DNA of 63,958 nt, the filler included, from Klebsormidium nitens (taxonomy: Eukaryota; Plantae; Klebsormidiophyceae): the NCBI GenBank assembly GCA_000708835.1. It is 6 parts of 6 records of this genome, joined end to end, with 100 filler letters (N's around TTAATTAATTAA, not from the genome) between each part and the next. Parts side by side here need not be neighbours in the genome. Positions count along the whole stretch, not along the records: positions 11,077 to 15,615 come from DF238494.1; positions 15,716 to 20,590 come from DF238468.1; positions 20,691 to 52,505 come from DF237750.1; 3 more parts are not named here. One strand, 5' to 3'. A program made the translations under genes and the position numbers. The notes under the pieces are model-generated. The model had not been told where the DNA came from, searched no databases, and saw nothing but the letters and a program-made list of their open reading frames with translations. Shown one piece after another: positions 11,077-22,684 of the stretch (positions within the stretch are counted from its first letter, which is position 1; every line of letters starts with the position of its first letter).

Positions 11077-14000
11077 TGTGGACCCCAAGACGAATCAGCA
11101 GGAGCAAAGGCAGGAGGAGCAAGAGCAGACGAAAAAGCAGGAGCAGGACAAGCCGGCTATCTACGCAATGTGGCTGACTTACGACTTTCTGCGCATTTGG
11201 CATCACTCAGCCTTCAAAATGCTGAGAGACGAGCAGAAAAAGCTCAAGCCGGAGCGGGAGAAGATTGTAGTGGCGATGCAGGACATCATCGTGCGGTTTG
11301 GGGCCGTATGGATCGAACGGGTAAGATGGCGAGCTCTATGAATTCCGGGGTGAATCTGGATCGGAACGGGAGGCTCTAATGGCGGTATGTTCAGCGATGC
11401 TTACAATCAGACTTGAACAAGAGGAAGGTGCGTTAGGCTCCGCGTCGACCGAAAACTGCTAGGTTCACCAGCTTCGCATCTCCGGTCCGCGTATAACTTT
11501 GTACACTGCCGCTCTAGCAAAATTCTGTACAAGGTTTGTACTTTTCCTACCACGTGATCAACTGAAGCGCTCTGATTGGTCCGGACGACCGCAGATGAGC
11601 GCTCAGCCATTTCGGTCGACGCGAAACCTAAACTTGAAAAGTACGTTGAAGGATATTGTGCTCAGGAGTCTGAAGATTTGTTACGGCGTCTTTTACGCAT
11701 GTCATTCTTCAGAGCATCGACCCCTTAAGCTTGTTGAGCAAACCGACTGCCAGTAGGGGAAAACGACCGTGTTAAGTTGTAGAGAAGAAATGCAGAATGC
11801 CATACCCGCTTCGTCCTCAACTCTTGCAACATTGAAGGTGGTACGATTAGGACCACAAGCCGGAGGAACTTGTTTAGACACGTTTTGAGTTGCACCAAGA
11901 GTCGACCTTTCAGCCATACTGCTTTGATTCAAGTAAGCGCAGACTGTGCGATACGCACAATCAACTCGTCGATACATGTGTCGCTTGACCCTCAAGGTCA
12001 TTTTCGGAGCAATTTGAACCTTACTCTTTACCGAACAGAAAAGTTTTGCGAATCCACGAAAACGTCGACTCGGTCACTCTCAGGTAGAGCGCACTTGCCA
12101 ATGGGCCAAGTTCGGTCAGATTATCACGATGGTCTGGAAAAAGTAAACTTTTTGGTGAGGGCAGGTAACACTTGGAGGACAGCACATCAGCACACGAACC
12201 GAGGAGCTAGTGGCAGACACGAGATCACGGGAGAAGACAAGGACGTCGTCGGCATCCTTAGGGGGACACGAAGCTGGTGCAGCGGCGCGCTTCAGCGTGT
12301 CAGCAGGGAAGTCGAAGCAGGTGAGAATCTGATAGAGCGGAAGCCCGGGGCTAAGACGATCGACTGAAGAAGTGTTCAAACTTTGACCTCGAGCGGTCGC
12401 ATCAGCATTCTCGAGACGTGCAAGTTAGGAGTACCTCTAGCTCTTGCTCGATAGTGTTTACATTCCTCAATCCTTCTATTCGGGCACCCTTCTGAAAACA
12501 CGGAAGCTCGATTTGCTCCTTGGTGTAAGTCCATGGCTTGTCTTTTGAGGTGGAGAATGCAAATGACTGGACCGTGTTTACGTAACCCCATGACGATTAG
12601 CTACCTATAGAGCCGTCCGACATGAGAGGGACCCACAAATACTTGAGCCGCCAGCAATCTTCCTTCCTTACCTTCTTCCTCCCTGTAAGCATGAGTAGGC
12701 TGTTGCCAAGCATCAACAACGAGTCAGGCGAAGCTTGAAACACGTTGCTATACTGCATATTGGCCAACTCTGTCTGTCATTAGAGTGGACGCATAGGAGA
12801 GGTCGGGTTTGACCTCGAGTAGTCGGCGCTTGTGAAGCTCAGCAGTGATTCCCATATTTACAATTTCGTCCTCACAGGCCCAAGCCGAAACATCGAAGAA
12901 CACCCGCACCAGCGAGGTTCACGCGACTGGCGGAGACACGATTACGTTCCAGTCAGATAACCGCACAGATTGGATCCACTCCATCTGTGCCACCCAGAAC
13001 TGGAGGATCATCAGGTACCGCAAGATACAAGAGCTGAGCACGGCTCCTGGGCTAGACGTCCCGCTTTTCGGAGACTTGGAGAAAGATCACACGGATTTGG
13101 ATGACACGTGGAAGTCTATCGATGTAAGGGAGCTTCTAAGGAGGAGATTGAAGGTGGGTGATAGCTCGTCTCAAACCTCGCAAGGCGGGATTCATGCTGA
13201 CCATTGTTGTCGAGCGCAGTCAAGCAGTCAATACTTAAGCAATCAATCAAGCTTGCCCGCATCTAAATCCTTTGAGCTTGAACCCGGGCAAAGCTCTGAA
13301 AAGATGCTACAGGAGAGCAAACGCGCAGATATTGCGAATCTGGCGTGTCTTTCTCCTACTCTCAAGCTAATTGCTCTCCTTTAGAGAGCACATCTTCAAA
13401 GTTGTCGACAGATTTGCCGGGATACACCTCGATTGTAGCTCCGTGTCAGGGGCCGCAATTTTGACTTTCGTATGGAAAAATCAGCTCATGGCCTCAATTG
13501 AGGGCTGGGCTACTAGACCGAATGAAGCTTCGTTTTAGAATAGAAAGCTCGCGAGGAATCTATGGGCAACTTCGCCTCGAGCTTGCCCTTAAATTACCTG
13601 TTCTTGTAACGTTGACAGCTCTCTTCTGCAGGTCGTGGCTGAGGACGTTGCGGAGCTCGAGGCAGAGAAGGTGGATGTCGACCCAAGCGCAAGAGAGCTT
13701 TCAAGAGAGCTTTTGTACTGTTCGCATTGCGCCAGCTTCTACTGTCAGATCTGTCAGACCTCCCATACATGATCAGACAGAGTGTCTTGAGGACGTTGAT
13801 TCGGCGCTCTGACCATGCCCGCAGTCGCTTGATCATTCTTGACTATTGCTTCTCAACAGTGCCAGATCCTGTTTGTACCTTCTGACCGTGCTCCGACAAA
13901 CTTTGCGAGAGATCTTGTACGAAGTACTGGATCCCATCTGGTCGGACCTTGCTAGCTGTGGATTAAGCGTGTTATCCTGGTTGCCGCTTATGGAAAAGCT

Positions 14001-14145
14001 CACTCCTTGCCGTGCGCTACTCGGCTATTGCCGGTCCTCATCGGGTCCGGCAGAACGCATAGAACTCTGAGCCCGGAGACGCTAGTCACGCTGATCTCCG
14101 ATGCTCGCTCCGGTCATTCCTTTCCGCATCTAGCCATGCAGAAAA

Positions 14146-15046
14146 ACTAAGGCGTAACCCGGCTAGACCCGCGATTACCCACGCACTCCCCCCCCACTCG
14201 CCTGCCGCGGCCTCCGCGGCTCCGGCGAGTCACCCTTGTTGGAGACTCTAGGTGCAACTGGGGCAGAGCCACACTCCCTTGGGCACCTCCTTGACTGCCG
14301 GCTCCAGGCAGCTCATGTGGTAGCCCTCCAGGCAGTAGTCGCACAGCAGCATCGTTGCCTGCCGGCCGGGGCTCTTGCAGATTTGGCAGGCGTGTCCCGC
14401 CGTCACCGTCGTAAGGGTTGGGTCGATGGTGATGTCGATGTTGGGGTTGTGGCAGGGGGCGCAGTTCTCGATGTGCTCCTTGAACAGCGTCCCGTCCGCC
14501 CCTTGCAACACCATGCGCCCGTTGGAGCCGACCTGGTGCACCCGGTAGGCCCCGCGCGTGACGGACACGTCCGTTTTGTCCGCCGGCTGCCGCCGCAGGT
14601 AGGCCAAGTCACCCACTTCAAACTTCCGCTCCTTGGGCCGGTACCCAGTCTTGCGCACGTGGTCGTACCGCCGCTGGTCCCGGTGCTGTGCCACGAGCAG
14701 GTTTCCCAGTGCCAGGGGCATCTCCCTCTGCAGCACCACCGCTCGCTGTTGGCAGGCCTCCACACACTGCTCCGGTGTGTCGAAATCGATCGGAGTTCCG
14801 ACCAACTGCCACTTGACCGCCTCCCCTGTCAGCATGGGGTGACGGCCGTGCAGCAGGAAGTAGGGGGAGTAGCCCCCCAGGGCTGCCTGCGGGCTCATCC
14901 GGTACCCCATCGCCAGGTACGGCAGCCACTCGTCCCAGGTCCGCCGGTCCGCCTCCGTCCCGTAGCGCGTCACGCCATCTTTGATGGTGCGCACCAACCG
15001 CTCCGTCAGTCCGTTGGACTGGGGATGGTACCGGGAGGTAGTCCAG
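14146..15046 (-). mobile_element. Ty3/gypsy LTR retrotransposon 3' end: integrase with C-terminal PHD finger, PPT and start of 3' LTR (copy 1)
   Basis: rve motif YHPQSNGLTER and GYSPYFLLHGRHP. C4HC3 PHD CQIC...LLCDYCLEGYHMSCLEPAVKEVPKGVWLCPSC, stop at 14248. PPT GAGTGGGGGGGGAG at 14186-14199 followed by TG at 14185. Confidence 0.9.
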
Positions 15047-15066
15047 NNNNNNNNNNNNNNNNNNNN

Positions 15067-15615
15067 AAGAACTAAGGCGTAACCCGGCTAGACCCGAGAT
15101 TACCCACGCACTTTCCCCCCACTCGCCTGCCGCGGCCTCCGCGGCGCCGGCGAGTCACCCTTGTTGAAGACTCTGGGTGCAACTGGGGCAGAGCCACACT
15201 CCCTTGGGCACCTCCTTGACTGCCGGCTCCAGGCAGCTCATGTGGTAGCCCTCCAGGCAGTAGTCGCACAGCAGCATCGTTGCCTGCCGGCCGGGGCTCT
15301 TGCAGATTTGGCAGGCGTGTCCCGCCGTCACCGTCGTAAGGGTTGGGTCGATGGTGATGTCGATGTTGGGGTTGTGGCAGGGGGCGCAGTTCTCGATGTG
15401 CTCCTTGAACAGCGTCCCGTCCGCCCCTTGCAACACCATGCGCCCGTTGGAGCCGACCTGGTGCACCCGGTAGGCCCCGCGCGTGACGGACACGTCCGTC
15501 TTGTCCGCCGGCTGCCGCCGCAGGTAGGCCAAGTCGCCCACTTCAAACTTCCGCTCCTTGGGCCGGTACCCAGTCTTGCGCACGTGGTCGTACCGCCGCT
15601 GGTCCCGGTGCTGTG
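15067..15615 (-). mobile_element. Ty3/gypsy integrase-PHD 3' end (copy 2, near-identical)
   Basis: Near-identical to 14143-14694. Reads CPSCTQSLQQG* (CAG where copy 1 has TAG). PPT at 15111-15124. Separated from copy 1 by a 20-N gap. Confidence 0.9.
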
Positions 15616-15715
15616 NNNNNNNNNNNNNNNNNNNNNNNNNNNNNNNNNNNNNNNNNNNNTTAATTAATTAANNNNNNNNNNNNNNNNNNNNNNNNNNNNN
15701 NNNNNNNNNNNNNNN
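15616..15715. other. Artificial contig linker
   Basis: N44-TTAATTAATTAA-N44. Confidence 0.98.
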
Positions 15716-15778
15716 CGCAGGCAAAAACAAGACTCTGGAATCTTGAAGGATGTCCTGAGGGACTTGTCCAACAAGAGG

Positions 15779-15925
15779 ACAGAAGTTGTCTTGAGCAGAA
15801 AGACAGCAATTTTTCTGAGCTGCGCCATCGCTTGAGAACGCCTGCTTTCATGGTTTCCGCACATGTTAGCTGATCGTGTGTAGTTATCCTGCCAGCTCTC
15901 TGCATATAGCTGGCCAACCATCACA
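15779..15925 (+). repeat. Dispersed coding-derived repeat of unknown family (copy 2)
   Basis: Aligns to 7312-7459. Reads CLEQKDSNFSELRHRLRTPAFMV...VILPAL with stops and frameshifts. Confidence 0.7.
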
Positions 15926-16626
15926 TCTAGGCTGAAGGACTCCGAGACTTCAGACCCAGTATTGCATGCATTTTCCGAAATGCGGGGCTTGGAGTCAGGA
16001 AGAAGCAGGACTTCATATTACCTTTTGTCGTATGGCGCTTCACACCAAGCAAGAGGCCACCATGGCCATGGCTCCATTACCTCTCGTGAATGAATATGGG
16101 GAAAGGGCGATAAAATGTAATGTTGCAACTTGTTATATAGGCTTTAATCACTTACATTAAAGGGTAGGTTACCATACAACCATGCCAAAATTCTTGTAGT
16201 TCAGTAGTTAGAGGATAAGCGTTCAAATGATCTAGGTATCTGTTGCCTGGACTGGCTGGAGGCAGTGAAATGATTGAACGCGCTGCATCAGCGCTTCCGA
16301 GCAAGCAGGAACGATACGGATTTTTCCTAGACAGATTGTCTTTCTTGTCTATAGACAATCTATTATCTGTTGATCGGTTGAATCTATTGGTCGCAAGTTG
16401 ATGTTTTGCGCATTCGGCGCGAGATTGTGACGTTGTTAGATTCCATAGATCCGAAGTGCTGCGCAGAAGCAGCGCAGCAGTCCTAAATTGATAATGACTC
16501 CGATTATCGCGCGAGTAATTCTTTGACGAAGTCACGTAACTCGCGCGCGTCATACCAGGTGCGGCCGCCAATGACCATGCCAGAAAAAGTCGGCCTGTTG
16601 ACATCAGGCGAGAAGGCGAGCGTTCA

Positions 16627-16651
16627 AAACCCTAAGCGGGAGAAACCCTAA
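16627..16651 (+). promoter_or_regulatory. Tandem telo-boxes
   Basis: AAACCCTAA at 16627-16635 and 16643-16651. Confidence 0.5.
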
Positions 16652-16849
16652 GCCGACAATCTTCCTACTAGTTAATAGATTCATCATTCAGAATCTTACT
16701 GGTTCTCTCATTTGTAATCTGATGAGCTGACTTTGTCTTGCTTCCTGGCGCCCTTGCTTAGGCTTCAGCTTTATTTCTGCTTCGTGCTTCTAGCGATTTT
16801 CGGACGCGATGTTGCAGTGTCACAATGCAGGCCGCAGCATCCTGAGCAG

Positions 16850-18640
16850 TCAGATCGCCATCAGTAGGTTTTCAGGAGGCCTGAAGAGGTCCAGTGCAGC
16901 CATACCCTTTCCTGTTGGACTAAAGAAGACGACTTCTCTTGTAAGTTTGCGAAGTTCTCCTATGGTGCACGTTCTTACACTCTCTTCTAGCATATTCTGC
17001 AGGCAACTTTCGGTGAAGTATACAGTAAAAGCTGAAGATCCTGTCCTCAAACTTTGTGGTCTTGGTATGTTTTGAAAAGCGCGCAGCATGGTGTTCACAG
17101 AGTCTTCAGTGCCAAAGGCCTGCGTCATTGAGCAATTGACAGGAACGAAGCACCATCTTACTGGGTGTAAATTGACAGAACAACCCCCCCCAAATATGCA
17201 GGTAGTGCGTGCTTATGATCCGCCTGCAAATGACCACAGCAACCCTGGAAAGGTGAGGCATCCATTTGCTTGAGCTTGGCTGTCAACTACTTTGTCTTTT
17301 GCTGTTCTGAGGTGGTTTGCAGGTGAGGACATACTCCTGTCAATATTTGGAGCATAGCCTTTCCGATAGATTATGTGGTGGTACTTACAGGAACAACTTT
17401 GGAGGAAGTGAGAAATGCCTGAGTAGACTGCAACTTCTGCTCAGTGGTCTTCACATGCGATACAAATCTCTAGAGATGCACATAAAAGGCCGTTTTCTCA
17501 GCTCAGCGGAGGGCGCCAGGTTGATTGTTGGAAAACCATACCCGAATACCTGAGAAAGCGACTCGGAATTCCCCTTTGCATTTCTTTTATGGTGGTTTTT
17601 ACTAATCTCAGAAGAGGCATTGGAAGCTTGTTTGCACTTAAAGCTGAGATTTCATCTGGCTCAGCCTCAAGGTGTTTTGTCATAGCCCAGCATTTTTGCA
17701 AGGTTCCCAATCCTGGGAGCTCATAATATTCATCCTTGTCTCAGGACTCTAAGCAGACTCTCTGGCCAAGGCATCTTATACCAAGCGGGACGAAGTTAGG
17801 CGCTGCCCGGAGGAGTGCCTTTCTTATGGACGACGACTACGTGGGGATTGAAGAGCGTGATCATCGTATCAAGAGAGTTACAACACGCAAGGTATGCACA
17901 GCGGTTCGTAATCCAGGATTGAAGGATAATGGACACAACTGCTCATGCTGAGTTGTCACTGGCCACTACCTAATGATGAGCTAGAAGGATCTCGAGGCCT
18001 GCAGATTTGGACCTAAAGTCTCTGAAGATGCACCAAGTGTTCCTTTCACCTGTTTTGTAGGATATTGAGTCCGCTATCGAGGCCTTTGGGGAGGAAGAGG
18101 AGCTGGGGTAGGTACAGAATTGCGGTCCTAGTTGTTTTTCGTTCCTTTACAATTGCAAGTCCTGTCAATTCCTCGCATCAGCACTTCTTTCATCTCCTCA
18201 AGTCTTCTGCTTTCCCAGCTTACTCCCACCCGACCTTCCCATGCTGGTTGTTTGGAAGTCAGCTTATACCCCATTCTTTTGATTTCAAAAGAATACCCGC
18301 TTCCTTCACAGTTAGTTTGGAAGAAAGCGCAAGCTCCTATGACCAGTCGCTTAAAGACATGGAAACAAGCAAGGTCAGCCCTATGGACTCCTCTCTGATG
18401 CTTGTTGAGTCCACGGCTGCTTGTTGTGTCCACGGCTGCTTGTTGTATACACGGCAGTGAGTTTTTCTGCATGCCTCTTCAAGGACACATGTGATGGAGC
18501 ATGGCTCCGCCTGATAAGGAAGGCTATCAGAAGCGATGCATCTTCTCTTTCTCGCTGGCAAAGCTGTACTCTGATGGATGCAAGCATCTGTTTCTTCAGG
18601 TTCCATTGAAACTTCTGATGTCCGAAGATGGAGTCATCCG
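16850..18640 (-). pseudogene. Fragmented long ORF of unknown family
   Basis: A chain of protein-like minus-strand ORF pieces. A 19-bp tandem duplication at 18410-18447 accounts exactly for one frameshift. No family recognised. Confidence 0.3.
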
Positions 18641-19648
18641 GGGGTACCTGTGCTCAGCGGGATTCCCAGTGAGTGTTATCCTGTTGGGAAGAATGGTCAT
18701 GAGTCGGCGGAATAAGGTTTGATGGGGCAAGAGTCATGTGCAGTTGGGAGATGCTTGGATTCTTAAGCTACCCTCCGTGCCTGAGCTGCAAGTAACGTTG
18801 ACTTGAATGCGAGTGGCCTGAGAAGGCACATTATACTTGATCAGTCTTGTGGTGCGCCATTTCTGGAAGCCACTTGTGCTTGAGACCCTGTCCGGACCCC
18901 CCCATCTAACACCACTTTTTGATCGTGCAGAGTGAGACTTTATTTGTGGACGTGGCTGTGACTCAGAAGCAGAGGCTTGATCAAGGCTTTGAGGAGGCTA
19001 AAGCTGAGCTGCTGAAGGAGAGCGACCTCCAAGAGTCCTAGGATGGGAAGCCGCAGGCCAATCTGACGCGCCTCGTGGCTGGGAACATCCATCTGCCAGC
19101 ATTTCTAGCTTGGGCGAGCACGGTGGAGAGCCCCATTCGGCTTGAGTACCGGTGAAATAGCACTTTAAAGAGAGGGCAACATTGTGTGTCAAAGCTCCAG
19201 GACTACCATATGCCAAAGTGCACCTCTTGCATAGTCCGTTTTAAAGTTTCGGAAGTGCTCGCTGGTCTTCTGTGGCCTGCCTTTTAGCTGCTCTCTTGGG
19301 GGGTTCCCTCTGCAGTAGTTTAGGATCGGGCTTTGGTAGTAGCTTTCTCCATCGTGTGCCAAGATCGGACGTCTAACATCGTAACCCTTGATCGACGCAC
19401 CTGACTCAGTGACTCAATTCTTCAGCTTTCTGATATTGACGAGTCCGTTACTCGTGTTTGTCCTTTTGAGATACTTGGTGCTGACGCGATCGAGTTATTT
19501 GCATAGGGCTACGGATGATGCTTAGAAAAGCGGTTTTCTAAAGTTCGTCTCCTGATCTGAGCGCTTGGAATGTGCTTTTTGCCTCCAGTCCTTGGAATAC
19601 AAGCCCACGCTTGGTTGCTAATAGCTTGCGTGTGTTTCTCTTGTGCAG

Positions 19649-19878
19649 CCACGTTGAAGGGCGTCTTGGTGACGTCTACGCCAGCTATGACCCCTCTGAG
19701 CTCCACGCGTGTCTGAGTAACATAGTGCTGACGGTAGTTCTGCAGGCATTGGACCAAGCTGGCGGCGGCGACGTCTGGTTCGAGTCGCTCGATTTTTGCT
19801 CGTCCGCAACTTCGATGTTTGGTGAGGACCACGAGGAAGCCAAGGAGCCGGACAGCTTTTTGGCCCCGGTGACTGACC
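19649..19878 (+). other. Orphan exon-like segment
   Basis: Strong acceptor (ttctcttgtgcag) and donor (gtaagt) bracket an open frame HVEGRLGDVYASYDPSELHACLSNIVL...; no partner exons found. Confidence 0.35.
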
Positions 19879-20590
19879 GTAAGTCCGGGATTTAATAAAA
19901 GCCCTCACATATCTTGCATACTTGGTCGGAACTAGTTATCTGAATGACCATCTCATCCATTAAATCTTAAATTCCAAGATTGCTCTTCTTCTTTGGTTCC
20001 AGGGGGGGCTTGGTGGTCTTTCTGCTGATTGTGCCACGGAAAGCAGTGCCTACATTATGGTTAGTGCGGTTCTTCTGGTTGGATGCACAGTCAATATTTT
20101 CTGAAGAAGTCTTTACTGACTCTGAAACCAGTGCTTTCCATCCTCTCGCGATTCGAAGAGTCTCTAGCAGTCTCCATGAGATATAAGGCCGTAAACAAGC
20201 CTCCTTGTAATTGCCTTTGCCTGGACCCCGACTCCTTCTGACCTTACGAGTGTTCTGTTATTGCAGCCGAGACGGTGGAGCCCTCCTCGGTAGTTTGCGA
20301 AGCAGCATATATGAATGAGTGTAACGGCACGACTGCGCACCGACTTCTGGCTGCGCGCCAAACTCGCGGCCGCGCATCGTCCGTTATTATACGCTATCGA
20401 CTTATTTGATATATCGAATCACTACACGACACGTGTCTGGGTTACTGCTTCACCGCGTGACCGTCCGATAAGACCCACGTGCACCGCGTGCGAGGGAACC
20501 GTCCGATGAGCTTTCGAGACTAAGCTTATGGCCGGCCGAGCACCGAAGCTTCTAGGTTGACACGTCGCGCTGCAGACTCAGACTCTTATG

Positions 20591-20690
20591 NNNNNNNNNN
20601 NNNNNNNNNNNNNNNNNNNNNNNNNNNNNNNNNNTTAATTAATTAANNNNNNNNNNNNNNNNNNNNNNNNNNNNNNNNNNNNNNNNNNNN
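20591..20690. other. Artificial contig linker
   Basis: N44-TTAATTAATTAA-N44. Confidence 0.98.
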
Positions 20691-20842
20691 TTTGGCACCC
20701 GCGCTCCGGCGACCATCGCCAGGTATAGGAGTCCCACGTCTCCAGCTGATGAGCGTGGTGTCCTCAGATTGTTCATCCGCATCATGATTGAGACCAGTAA
20801 AACTTGACGTCACTGGATTGAAACGTTGCATGACCGCATAAC

Positions 20843-21174
20843 TATACCCGTACGACCAAGGTATGATTCCGAATGCTCAAAAAGAGCAATTATTTTAGCG
20901 AATGCGAGGCCAAATCGTGTATTATTTTCCACTTTCCGACCCTAAATCCGAATCGCGGAGAGGGTACCCGGTACCCACGTTTTTTCAAGTTTACAGTGGT
21001 AAAAGGTACGTACCGTATGCTCCGACGGCTTAGAAATCACTTTCCGAATGCATTTTAGCAATTAATATCGGTTTCCGAAAAAGCAGAATCCGACTGCTTT
21101 TCCGGAGTTTCCAACTTTCCGAATGCAAATAATTCTTTATTTATTCGGAATCATACCTTGGTAGTACGGGTATA
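20843..21174. mobile_element. MITE with 32-bp inverted ends and TA/TATA flanks
   Basis: TATACCCGTACGACCAAGGTATGATTCCGAAT (20843-20874) matches the reverse complement of 21143-21174 at 31/32. Internal TTTCCGAATGC repeats at 21041 and 21116. No ORF. Confidence 0.85.
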
Positions 21175-22684
21175 TGAGATTGGGTATAGGCAGCCGGCGG
21201 TGAGGCTTGAGCGCTGCGCATTACGCACCAATCATGCAGAGCGGGGTACCGAGGAGAATCAGTAATTTGGGGACCGGAACATCGGCTGGGCCGGCCGGGG
21301 AGTCGGGGACGCTGATCGACCATGGAAGATCTGACGTGGCAAGGCTTCAGGGTTCTGAGTCCTAACCCGGGGTTCGAGATTAATGATTGATCAATATTTA
21401 AAGAGGCCTAACCCAGGGTTTTGCCACTAAACCCCGCCAGGGCAAGCCCTTCCAAGATCCAGCAGCATCGCCGGCGGGACCGGTTGGCCGGCCGGGCGGT
21501 CCCAAAAATACCGAGTCTCCTTGATCCGGCTCATGCAGCACAGCTCTTCCGACGTCAGCTAGTGATCATCATACCGTACCAATTGTCCGGTTGGGCAACA
21601 ATTAAATGACTTGCCCACAAATCTGAATTGAAAATAAATTCGAATTGAATATTTGCATATCATTAATTGGCCCCGTAAAAAAACAAAATAAATGGATAAG
21701 TGAAGCTGCCCAAAATCCATGAGATACGAAATTGATTATTGGGCAAAACTCTGCCCAACCGGACAAGAGCACAGCCACAGCCTCGGGCTGGCCCACAGGG
21801 GGGCCGGATCCTCTGAGTCCAATTGCTCTCATACTTTGATAGTCATGATACCTAGTACGGCTAGCCCTCAAATATCAATTATGACGTCAGGGGATCCATT
21901 TCCGATGCTCGTCACTGTAATTGATGCGTACTAGTACTGCGGTACTACGTTGAACGTTCAGTAAACCCGGATTGCCAAGATCGGAGGTCCGTATAGGACT
22001 GCCCCAATCGCCCTGTCGTAGACTATCCGAGCTTTCCTTTCAAAGCGTTAGCTGCATAGCTGCTAATAGCGTTAGCTGCACTCTTTCATGAGCTGTCTTC
22101 TAGGTGTCTTCTAGGAACTTTCTTCAGCAGCTCCGGCTCTGACCTTCGCCGTTGGAAAGTTCGCCTTGTTCCAGAATTGGCTGATCAGTAGCAGCTCACA
22201 TTGCGCGCCGCGCATGGCAGCTGCTTGCTAGTACTGCCAATATAAAGGACTCCAGAACTTGACCAGCTATGACCAGGGTTTCTTCACTGGTACGGATTTA
22301 GTTGCCGGGCTTCGAAAAGGAACAGTGCTTAGTAGATGGGATCAGCGTAGCTGTCAACTTGGCACAAGTCCACCGACTTTTCCTTAAAGCATGGCATTGA
22401 TCGAACCTGACTTTTATGTCACCTCAAGCTCCTTTTAACAACGAAAACCGTTGGAAAACTGGAATCGGACTGGATATAATCCTGGCGATCGAACTGGTTG
22501 AATTGTGCAAACGGTGAGGAATCCGCTGAACACACGTTGCAACTCCAATGCACAGTTCGCTTGAGACGCCAGGCGTTGCAGAGATTGTCAACAGAATCAG
22601 CAGCTAGCGCAGAAACTTTCTCAGCAACTTCAGCAGATAGCGGGCAAGACTTGAAAGTTCCAAATAAGGTACCAAGCTGCCGCG

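Noticed and set aside
11077-13840. Several protein-like ORF fragments on contig 2
   Set aside because: No recognisable domain or consistent exon chain; cannot be assigned without a database search
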